Positions 38,412 through 49,050 of a stretch of DNA of 64,000 nt are shown one piece after another. Positions within the stretch are counted from its first letter, which is position 1, and every line of letters begins with the position of its first letter. The stretch lies in assembly GCF_006345805.1 (NCBI RefSeq), contig NC_043010.1:27714001-27778000 (forward strand), given 5' to 3'. The translations under genes and the position numbers were made by a program. The notes below the pieces were generated by a model. The model saw nothing but the letters and a program-made list of their open reading frames with translations. It made no database searches and was not told the DNA's origin. The stretch comes from Octopus sinensis (lineage: Eukaryota).

Positions 38412-40054
38412 GTGAGTTCTTTTGTCATGCATAAGTTGCAAAACTTGGATATTATCCCTCCATTGAAGGCTAAAAAAAATGACATGTAATAATAATAATA
38501 ATCTTTTCTGGATAGGCGGAGAAGTGGTTGTGTGGTAAGTAGCTTGCTTACCAACCACATGGTTCCGGGTTCAGTCTTGGTCTTCTACTATAGCCTCGGG
38601 CCGACCAAAGCCTTGCAAGTGGATTTGGTAGACAGGAACTGAAAGAAGCCCATCATATATATGTATATATATGTTTGTGTGTCTGTGTTTGTCCCCCCAA
38701 CATTGCTTGATAACCAGTGGTGGTGTGTTTACGTCCCCGTAACTTAGTGGTTCAGCAAAAGAGACTGATAGAATAAGTACTAGGCTTACAAAGAATAAGT
38801 CCTGGGGTCGATTTGTTAGACTAAAGGTGGAGCTCCAGCATGGCTGCAGTCAAATGACTGAAACAAGTAAAAGAGTACTAAAAGCACAAGGCGTGAAATT
38901 TGGGGGAGGGGACTAGTCAGTTATGTAGGCCTCCCAGTGTGTAATTGGTACTTATTTCATTGACCCCGAAAAGATGAAAGTCAAAGTTGATTTTGGTGGA
39001 ATTTGAACTCAGTACTCAACTGGTACTTAATTTATTGACACCGAAAGGATGCAGAACAAAAATTAACCTTGGTGAAATTTGAACTCGGAATCTGAGGACG
39101 GATGAAATACTGCTAAGCAATTTTGCCTGGCATGCTAACAATTCTGCTAGCTCCCTGCCTTGTGAATATAATTATTTCTACTCTTGGCACAAGGCCTTGA
39201 AAATTTGGAAGGAAGGGGACTAGTCAGTTATATAGACACCCCCCCCCCAGTTATTTCATTGACCCCAAAAGGATGAAAGGCAAAGTTGATCTCTGGAATT
39301 TGAACTCAGAGCATAACAACAGATAAATTACGACTAAGCATTTCAGCTGGTTTGCTAACGGTTCTACCAGCCCACCACCTACAGTGATTCTCAAATGGGG
39401 GTCTATATGGCTCTTAGGGATCCAAAGATTTGGTTGTTAAAATTTATGAGAAATTAATTCGTTATATTTCTACCATAAACAAAATATCTAAGCATTTTTT
39501 AAAAATACGATTCCTAATATTTACTTGTAAAAATATAGGAGCTTTTTAGGCATCAAATGGCTCTGAGGGTCTCCCTCCCCTGAGTAAAATAGGAATCAGA
39601 GGGGTCCATAGGCAAGAAATGGTTTGAGAACTTTTGAGTTGGCTGTGTGGTAAGTACCTTGATTACCAACCACATGGTTCTGGGTTCAGTCCCACTGTGT
39701 GGCACCTTGGGCAAGTGTCTTCTACTATAGCCTTGGGCTGACCAAAGCCTTGTCAGTGGATTTGGTGGACGAAAACTGAAAGAAGCCTGTCGTATATGTG
39801 TGTGGGTGTATACTAGGCTTAGAAAGAATAAGTCCTGGGGTCGATTTGCTTGACTAAAGGTGGTGCTTCAGCATGGCCACAGTCAAATGACTGAAACCAG
39901 AGAGAGAGAAAGAGAGTAACCCCCAACTCCCTGCTTTAGTTGGGAAAAGCATCTTGTTGCTAATGGTGTTGTTTTGTTTGATGGTTTGAATAATGAAATC
40001 AAAGAAAGAAAATGTAACAACATTTGGAACTCATTGCTGTAATTTTACTTTCAG

Positions 40055-40357
40055 GAAATCCAATCTGTCTTTGGAGTTTATGGCATCAAAGTGAATTACC
40101 GACATTTGTCTCTCATCGCAGACTATATGGCATTTGAAGGTCAATTGACCTTTTTCAATCAAAAAGGCATGCAAGCGTGTCCGTCCCCATTACAATTGAT
40201 CACTTTTGAGTCAGCTTACCGCGGCATAGCAAATGCTGCATCTCAACATTTGAAAGACTATTTAAATTCTCCTACCTCTCAGTTAGTTACAGGTAAACTA
40301 CCCTCGTTCGGCACTGGACACTTTGACATACTTTTACCCCTGATACCTGTTAAATAA
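40055..40357 (+). CDS. POLR1A: POLR1A terminal coding exon 18
   Basis: tttcag|EIQSVFGVYGIKVNYRHLSLIADYMAFEG...SPLQLITFE...D.L.SP...LV.GK....GTGHFD...stop TAA at 40355-40357. Confidence 0.95.
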   Translation, partial: EIQSVFGVYGIKVNYRHLSLIADYMAFEGQLTFFNQKGMQACPSPLQLITFESAYRGIANAASQHLKDYLNSPTSQLVTGKLPSFGTGHFDILLPLIPVK

Positions 40358-40358
40358 A
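40353..40358 (+). promoter_or_regulatory. Candidate polyadenylation signal overlapping the POLR1A stop codon
   Basis: AATAAA spans the TAA stop and is followed by GU/U-rich sequence (ttgttgggtttttt). Confidence 0.4.
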
Positions 40359-41094
40359 TCATTGTTGGGTTTTTTAAAATTTTTATGTTTTGTTTCGCTT
40401 CATTATTCTTTTATTGGTTTTTAATCATTGAAACTATTTGCTTTTCCCCATCCCTTCCTGTTTACGGTGCAACCAAATCATCAATGGTTCATATATCACA
40501 AAGAAGCAGATTCTTCAAGAAATATTACAAAGTCAGTTAAAACTACTCCCAACTTTGTAGTATATTACTGGTACAAAGGTTAATAGCATGTTCAGATGTT
40601 GGTCTGTTACTCCTAAAAGCCAACAGTTGGTATCCTGTATATATTTCTATGCTACCAAGTGCCATTACTTATCTCAAATTCTTCAAGTGCTTTCTCTATG
40701 TAAATCTCCCAATCCTGTTACAAATTTTGATGGAAATGCCCTCAATCATAGAAATTCCAGATTTTCCATCATGTGAATCAAATTTTCTTGACCAAAATTT
40801 ACAGTCAAAAAAAGGTAGGTTGATTTATGTCCAAAGATGGCTTTGGAGAACCAAAAATCCCATATGAAATGTAACAGGATTTGGAAAGATTGTTTGAATG
40901 TTTACATTTACTTGCTACATCAACTTGTATGCCAGAAAATACAGTATAACAACTGCACGAATTTGGATGAAACTTTCTTGCATGACATAATGATCATTGG
41001 TATACATTGTCAATGTGGCTTTTACCAGTTGCCATGTTACTTTTCTCTGCTCAGGTAAGTTGAATACAAGTGAGTTGATTACTTTTTGATGTTG

Positions 41095-41425
41095 CCAGAG
41101 CAGCTGACTGGCTTCTGTGCCGGTGGCATGTAAAAAGCACCATTCAAGCGAGGTCGTTGCCAGTGCCACTGGACTGGCTCCTGTGCAGGTAGCATGTAAA
41201 AAACACCATTTGAGTGTGGCCGTTGCCAGTACCGCCTAACTGGCCCTTGTAAAAGTACCCACTACACTCACGGAGTGGTTGGCATTAGGAAGGGTATCCA
41301 GCTGTAGAAACTCTGCCAGATCAGATTGGAGCCTGGTGCAGCCATCTGGTTCACCAGACCTCAGTCGAATCGTCCAACCCATGCTAAGCATGGAAAGCGG
41401 ATGTTAAACGATGATGATGATGATG
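41095..41425 (+). mobile_element. SINE/LINE-tail family 3 with an internal ~55-bp tandem array and (GAT)n tail (representative)
   Basis: ggttggcattaggaagggtatccagctgtagaaac...ccaacccatgc...gttaaacgatgatgatg; other copies at approximately 135-395, 7818-7990(-), 10318-10628(-), 16575-16875(-), 22265-22795(-), 32140-32715, 41627-42050(-). Confidence 0.8.
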
Positions 41426-43179
41426 TATCACTTCCTGGTCATTGATTTCCTGTCTCAGAGCTGGATTTATGTTCTGGTAGTCTCTTCAATTTGGAAGCTG
41501 CACAGCTATAATCAGAAAAATCATTCCAAGCTATACCTTCATCTCTTCCATTTATATAATAAAGATAGGCTCAGAATCAATAAATCTGTATAGCGCTTAG
41601 ATTGCTTGTGTGTACAGATGACACAGATCATCATCATTATCGTTTAACGTCCGGTTTCCATGCTAGCATGGGTTGGACGATTTGACTGAGGTCTGGCGAA
41701 CCAGACTCCAATCTGATCTGGCAGAGTTTCTACAGCTGGATGCTCTTCCTAACACCAACCACTCCGAGAGTGTAGTGGGTGCTTTTACATGCCAGGCACG
41801 AGGGCCAGTCAGGCGGTACTGGCAACGGCCACGCTCAAATGGCGTTTTTTTATATGCCACCTGTACAGGAGCCAGTCCAGCGGCACTGGCAACGACCTCA
41901 CTCGAATGTTTTTTCATGTCCCACCAGTACAAGTGCCAGTAAGGCGATGCAGGTAACGATCACGCTTGAATGGTGTTTTTTTTTATGTGCCATCGGCAGG
42001 GAGACCAGCTTGTTGCTCTGGCAATGATCACGCTCATATGGTACTCTTAGCGCTCCACTAAGCAAAGTATTAAAACACCGAGTTTTTTCATGGCTTCTTT
42101 TCTGGTGGAACAGAAAATGCATTTCTATCTATTTGGCTATCATCAGCACCGTGTGCTGCGAGAGAGAGACAATCCCGAAATGATTCTTCGCTCCTTTTAT
42201 TAAAATCAGTATCGAGACGAAAATTGATTACGTGCGACGATGGCCTAAGATAGAACAAAATATACTTTCACGTTGCTCCAATCCACTCAGCTGTGACAGA
42301 CTGGCCTTCTGATCAGGAGAAATGTTGGCCTACTCGCCGAGCCAATAGGATGGCATCATTAGAAAGCAAAAACGATGCGAAATGCATTGTGACCAGCTGT
42401 GTGTAAGAAGATCCGATAGTCTAGTCAATCGTGATATATATATATGGGGGGGGGGGTGAGAATTCACAAAAAAATTAGTTTAACGCTCGGGAAGTGAAAA
42501 AGTCTTTAACGTTTCGAGCCTACGCTCTTCCACAGAAAGAAACAAATATATATATATATAGGAGTGGCTGTGTGGTAAGTACCTTGCTTACTAACCACAT
42601 GGTTCCAGGTTCAGTCCTACTGTGTGGCACCTTGGGCAAGTGTCTTCTACTATAGCCCTGGGCTGACCAAATCCTTGTGAGTGGATTTGGTAGACGGAGA
42701 CTGAAAGAAGCCCGTCGTGTGTGTATATATATATATGTGTGTGTTTGTTCCCCCAACATCGCTTGACAACCAATGCTGGTGTGTTTAAGCCCCGTAACTT
42801 AGCGGTTCGGCAAAAAAAGACTGATAGAATAAGTACTAGGCTTACAAAGAATAATTTGCTCGACTAAAGGCGGTGCTCCAGCATCGCCGCAGCCAAATGA
42901 CTGAAACAAATAAAAGGATAAAAGAATATATATATATATAAACAGCACAAAGACATGAAACTAGGAGTCACGAAAGAAACCGTTGCACACTGAGCAACGC
43001 TTTCATTCATTTTAGACAATTCAACGATCGTATGCAAATGTGTGTGTTGTGTCCACTTCATTATGTAGCGTCACCATCTACTTTCTTAATGCCTCTGCGT
43101 ACACATGTATGTATGCACTTTCCTAAAGATTGTTATAAAACAAAAGTAATACAGTTCTATATTTAAGAGATGAGGAATT

Positions 43180-43368
43180 ATGTACATTATTTACATTAGA
43201 CGGATATTTGTCCTCATCTTTGTTAACACAACATTTCAGCTGACTTACCCTCCAGCCTTTATCAGGTGTCTTGGAGGAATATCGATTTATAAGCCCTAAA
43301 ATTCACTCCACGGGCATATGGCGTAGTGGTTAAGACCCCAAGATTCCGAAGTCTATTCTAGGCAGTAA

Positions 43369-43403
<35 letters not shown>

Positions 43404-43547
43404 TCGAAATATACCTTAGGAATGAGAACCCAGGTTCGAAATTTTCCCAAGACACCTGATGAAGGCTGGAGGGAATATCAGCCGAAACGTTCTGTTAACA
43501 AGAAACAAGATGAGGACAAATATCTGTCAAATGTAAATAATGAACAT
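43180..43547. repeat. Inverted repeat (~105-bp arms), Penelope pseudo-LTR-like, each arm containing a hammerhead motif
   Basis: 43180-43286 is the reverse complement of ~43436-43547; the spacer holds a tRNA-like A-box fragment and (TAA)n. Confidence 0.8.
43451..43496 (+). ncRNA. Minimal type I hammerhead ribozyme motif
   Basis: GACAC-CTGATGA-A-GGCTG(loop)CAGCC-GAAAC-GTT-CTGTT: intact CUGAUGA/GAAA core, 5-bp stem II, palindromic ACGT stem III. Confidence 0.65.
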
Positions 43548-45749
43548 TAAAGTACTTATGAAAAATAATAAAAAAAAGGATTGGCTATGTGGTAAGTAGC
43601 TTGCTTATCAAACACATAGTTCCGAGTTCACTCCCACTGTGTGGCACGTTGGGCCGACCAAAATCTTGTGAGTGGATTTGGTAGACAGAAACTGAAAGAA
43701 GCCTGTCGTATATGTATATATATTTTTGTGTGTCTGTGTTTGTCTCCCCAACATTGCTTGACAACCGATGCTTGTGTGTTTACGTCCCCGTAACTTAGCG
43801 GTTCGGCAAAAGAGAGACCTATAGAATAAGTACTAGGCTTACAAAGAATAAGTCCTGGGGTCGATTTGCTCGACTAAAGGCGGTGCTCCAGCATGGCCGC
43901 AGTCACATGACTGAAACAAGTAAAAGAAAGTAAAAATCGGACTACAGCGGAATTCAGTTGAATAATGTGTGTATGACTTACCGGACCATAAGTGAGGTGT
44001 TTGTGCATTGGAATGAAACACACAACGGGATTAATGATTGCAGAGTAAAGCATTAAACGTGCAGGTGGGTGAGATCTCTGTTGCTATGCAGAAAGAAAGA
44101 CGAACGTCTCTGTTACTTATTCCATACGTGATCAAAGACATGAGAAGTCGAACGACGTGTCACGACTATACGTGATTGCCTCTCCTTTCGTTCATTTTTA
44201 TCCATTGTGTCGTACAAAAATTTTCTGTAGCAATTCTGCGTTTGAATCACCACCTACGTTTAAATGCGTGCGACACTGCCCACTCCATATCTCCTTACTC
44301 CCACAAACGGATTTATATGCACGCGCACGTCTACATATATGCTTGTATGTATCAACAATTATATTGATAAGGATTATCACGAAGTGGCATAACATTACCT
44401 TTAAACGTTTGGAGTAATTCCTTACTATCTTCCAAGGAATCTAATGCTCTTAGCTTAGTTTTTCCTTGAGGCTGGCCAGATTGGAGCAATCTCAAGTATA
44501 ATCAGCCGAAATTGCGAAGATAATCTGGTACTTGACTGAGGAAAGAAAACTTCGAATGACCTGTCCTTGTTTTCTTTGTATCATCTATCTGGATGTTTTG
44601 CGTTCTTGTCCCATTTTGTATTTTATATATATATATATATAACATTAGGGAGTATAACTCCAAACTTACAGGGAAAAATTCAATTTAGTATTAAATCAAA
44701 TTTCCCAATATAAATATATAATATATAAATTAGAGAAAAAAACACTATTATGCAATTCAAACTATGATAGACATAAACCAAATCATAAATAAAATATATT
44801 ATAAAACATAACTAGATCACAAAAAGTATAAAAATGAATAATCAATATATAATAAGTAAAAAGACTACGTGCGTTTCGTGGCTTTTTGTGATCTAGTTAT
44901 ATGTTTTATAAAAATATATTTGGTTTATGTCTATCATTGTTTGAATTGCATAATAGTGGTTTTTTTCTCTAATTTATATTTTGTGTGTGTGTCAGTGGTA
45001 ACTCCGGCACTCGGGTTGTTCGGGCTTAACCCGAGTATAAATTTAGTAAAGTGAACGTGTATTTGCCAGCTGATTTTATTTCTGCCAGCATTGACTGCAA
45101 GTTTGTAATTGCAGCCAATAACTTGGGCTCTTTTTATTGACCCTATTCGTAGTTCATCTATTTTCCTTCAGCGTCTGGCGGTCATCTTAGATGTGCCCTG
45201 TCAAAAACTATCATTCGTAGCGGACGTTCTCTCGACATTGTTCACATGCGCTTGGCTCTGGCTCAGAAGTTACAGCCCGAGTTGTTATCTATAATCGCAA
45301 AAATTAAAAGCAATTCAAATTAATTTTTTTCTTGAAATAATAAATTTCTATCGGGGTTGGGATTTAAATTCTAATCTATGAAAAGTTTCCGTTCTACAAT
45401 ATTCTTAAAAAAACGAAATATTATCCAGCAACTCGGGCTAAAATGAACGAGCCTTGTAGGTGTAGAAAACTAACTGGTATCGCTTGTCAAGAGTTCAGGC
45501 GACAGTCAGATCGCTGATGCTTCTTGTGCACTCTGCTGTCGTTATTTGGTTGGTGTTATTCTGTGTGTAAAGATCAGTTGTTTTGCAGGGTTGCTTTATT
45601 TTTACCCTTAACTTAGAAGTGGAGAAAGAAAAAATAAGCTATTTGGGGTTAGAAACATTGCGGGAAAACGTGGAACGAGCAGGCATGTATCACATGCGAA
45701 ATCTGTGATGAGCTCGAGTGACGCTGCTGACTTGGAGTCGCCTCTGATT

Positions 45750-45818
<69 letters not shown>

Positions 45819-45885
45819 CAATCCCTTCCAGGATCTTATATATATATATATTTAAGGAGCTCTGGTGTGTGTGTGTATATATATA

Positions 45886-46199
45886 TCGTGAATTATATTT
45901 TCCACCTAAATGTGGCTAACTCATAAGGGTCGATGTTACTGAAGGTTGTAGCCCCATGAAGACATCTCCTCCAGCTGGCTATTGACACACTTTCTGTGCC
46001 CTATCAGTATTTACAAAGGGAAGTCATCGTTCCCACGTCAGGTTAGAGATGGGAAGGATGACTTCCCTTTGCACATACTAATAGGGCACAGAAAGTGTGT
46101 CAATAGCCAGCTGGAGGAGATGTCTTCCTGGAGCTACAAGCTACAGTAGCATCCACCCTTAAGGGTTAGCCACATTTAGGTGGAAAATATAATTCACGA
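45886..46199. repeat. Long near-perfect inverted repeat (~150-bp arms, ~14-nt loop)
   Basis: tcgtgaattatattttccacctaaatgtggctaac...ttccca pairs with tgggaa...gttagccacatttaggtggaaaatataattcacga. Confidence 0.92.
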
Positions 46200-46463
46200 C
46201 GTCGTGCTGCTACTGTTTACATTTTGCTCAGAAATTTATTATTGCTTATATATATCTTTTACTTGTCTCAGTCTTTAGTCTGCGGCCATGCTGGGGTTTA
46301 TATATACGAGTTGGTGGACAAACGAAGGAAAGAGACACTCAACACATTTGATAGCAGTTCTATTATTATGTAACCTAATATATATGATCAACATACGAAT
46401 CTTTAAGTTACATGGGGTCAAATGAAGCTGCATTTTTCAAATAATAATAATAATAATAATAAT

Positions 46464-47066
46464 TGGCATATTACCAGCCAATGTACGCCACTAACCCAGA
46501 AGGAATATAAGAGATGCAACGACAAAATAGCCAGGCTTGTCCATTGGACACTTTACAATAAGTATGGACTTGACAGAGCAAAAAATTGGTACGACCACAA
46601 ACTGAAGGCATCGTCGAAAATGGAAATGCAAAGATCCTATGGGATTTTATGATTCAGTGCGACCATGAGATAGAGAATAGGAAGCCAGACATAGTCTTAA
46701 TTGAGAAAGGAAACAAACAATGCTGGATCATAGATATAGCATGCCCAGCTGATAACAAGGTATGCGATAAAGAAGAAAGAAAAGTTGATAGATATGACAG
46801 GTTAGCTTGGGAGGTTAAAGGAGTTGTGGTCGATGAAAAGGTGGTAGAAGTACCAATAATTGTCGGAGCCCTTGGAACAGTGAGCAAAAACCTCGAGAAG
46901 TATGTGGAACAAATAGGGGCTGCAATAAGGGTGGAGCTCTTGCACTGCTTGAAACCGCTCGAATACTCCGGAAGATGCTCGAAAAATAAAGGTTGTTACC
47001 TTAGTTCACTGGTAGTGAACAGCTGACACCGTAGTACATCTCCAGCGTTAGAAACCGTGCAAAGGC
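46464..47066 (+). mobile_element. 3' fragment of an R4/Dong-type non-LTR retrotransposon (restriction-like endonuclease)
   Basis: HITSQC..YKR..D..ARLVHW; KILWDFMIQCDHEIENRKPDIV..IIDIACP..KE..K..Y..VPIIVGALG; flanked on both sides by (TAA)n. Confidence 0.88.
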
Positions 47067-47084
47067 AATAATAATAATGATTAA

Positions 47085-47410
47085 AGAAAGGCATCAGAAG
47101 GGTGGGGAGCATAGCCTGCATGCACACAAGGATAAAATAAAATTTAATTTAATAATCTCAGACGAATCCATATTTCAACAAAATTATATCGAGAGTTATT
47201 TACCTTGCATGTCGTTTATGCATAAGTAACAAAGCAAAAAGAACATTTTGATTTATCAAACGAAAATCTAACGAGTTCGAGTCACTCACCCAGTGAGTAT
47301 TTCGGCCAAATTTGGTGAAAATCTGTTCAGCCGTTTTCCAGTAATTTTGCAAACACACAAAGATGAACGTCTACAATACCCTACTTTCGCTTACGCGCGC
47401 AGGGTAATAA
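47085..47410 (-). mobile_element. HINE/DINE-like non-autonomous element
   Basis: Core ccaaatttggtgaaaatctgttcagccgttt and terminal hairpin ataccct..agggta next to (TAA)n. Confidence 0.45.
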
Positions 47411-47419
47411 TAAGAAGAA

Positions 47420-47982
47420 GAAATCGAGGGAAATATGCAAGCTGCTGAGTTGTAATAAGATGCCAAAGGCAGACGTGGATCGTTTTTATCTCCTCAGAGA
47501 CCAAGGAGATCGAACCTTAATCCAATTTGAACTCTTCCACAAAACCACCACCATTGGACTGGCCATGTATCTTGAAACAACCAACGATTGGATGCTAAAG
47601 CTCAGTGAAAATCACGCGGCATAAGATGGTTCATTCTTTCATAAAGGGGGAAAGAGAAATTTACTGCTGATCTGATGGATGATATCGAAGCTGAACAACC
47701 CGAGGAAGTGCGGCAACTGTTGTTGCAAAGAATGTGATGTTAATAGCCAAGAAAAAAACGCACGACCAATTGGGTGAGAGGTGGCGGGGGCAAATGTAGA
47801 TCAGAAGCACACCCAGCGGCTACAGAGCTATAGGCTGACGGCGGAGAGCGAAGGCATCTTCTTAGTTGCTCAAGGTCAAAACTTATTGGCCCGGAACTAC
47901 AGAGCCAATGTGAAGAAAAATAGAGTAAAACCAAAATGCCAATTCTGCAATGATGTGATTGAAAGAGTGAACCACTTATAAG
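47420..47982 (+). pseudogene. Degenerate R4/Dong-type RT C-terminus and zinc knuckle
   Basis: PKADVDRFYL.RDQG...IGL..YL; LTAESEG...AQ.Q.L..RNY...KCQFC...E..NHL. Confidence 0.75.
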
Positions 47983-48229
47983 CAAAGCCGAAGATAGAGA
48001 GCTGGCAGAATCGTTACCGCATCTGATAAATTGCTTAGCGGCATTTCATCTATTCTTACGTCCTAAGTTCAAATGTTGCCGGGATTGACTTTGCCTTTCA
48101 CTTTTTCGGGGTCGATAAAATAAGTACCAGTTGAGCACCGGGGTTGATGTAATCGACTTGACTCCTGCCCTGAAATTACTAGCCTGGGGTCACAATTTGA
48201 AACTAAAGTAAGCAAAGCCAATGTGGTTT

Positions 48230-49050
48230 GTGTTTATAAAATTACCGCTATTTGAATTAACAATTAGATTTATACATCTTCTATCGTGTGTTTCTTTTTG
48301 TGACACGTGTATGTTGTCTTCGAGTGTTAACATTGCGCTTTGCCATGAGCATTGCTTTCATCACCAATCTACTTTTAGGGAGAATTCTATAGGCTATAAA
48401 TAGTTTGTCCACTAATGTTTGTAGCAACAAATTGTAATATTCCTTGCTGCACATGCAACAAGGAGCATTACAATTGTTCCTTGTTGCATGGTTGTGGTGA
48501 GCTGGTAGGAAAGTATCGTAATTGTGCGACCAATGCAATAGTTAGAGTCGTGAAGTTTACAACTTTCACGTCTGCAATCGGAATTATAAATCACATTGAT
48601 TGTTACTAGCTTGCTCGTAGCTTTATGTGTTTGTGATTCGTTCGTACTCAGAAAGTTTTTAATCTTAATATTGTCGTCGTTTATTATTAATAATAGTACA
48701 TTTTTTTAATGTTTTGTTTTTATAAGTTTCTAATGTGTCCCCGTATTGTTAGCGTGTGTTTCATTTGTGGTCTGTGGATTATTAATAGGCATAATGTCTG
48801 TGGCATTTGTTATGCCGTATTTATGTTTCTAATGCTGTATGGCTTGATTGAATACTTGTTAGAATGACAAGTGTAGATTAGGGTTTTGTTTATTCTGTGA
48901 ATTTCTCCATTTTGTCTTTATCTGGTTTGTGCAGAAGAATCTCAATGATCTGAATAAAAGTAGATAGGAATACATTTGTAGACAGCGTTTTCTTGTTCTG
49001 CAGAATTCTCCACAAAAGTAGACGATTAATAACGGAAGAGATACTCATAA
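48230..49050 (-). pseudogene. Highly decayed Penelope-like RT/GIY-YIG remnant
   Basis: Fragments LSTNVFL..IQII (RT SLFTNVP-like) and IY...C...C...YCIGRT.T.LS.QLT (GIY-YIG-like); many frameshifts. Confidence 0.45.
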
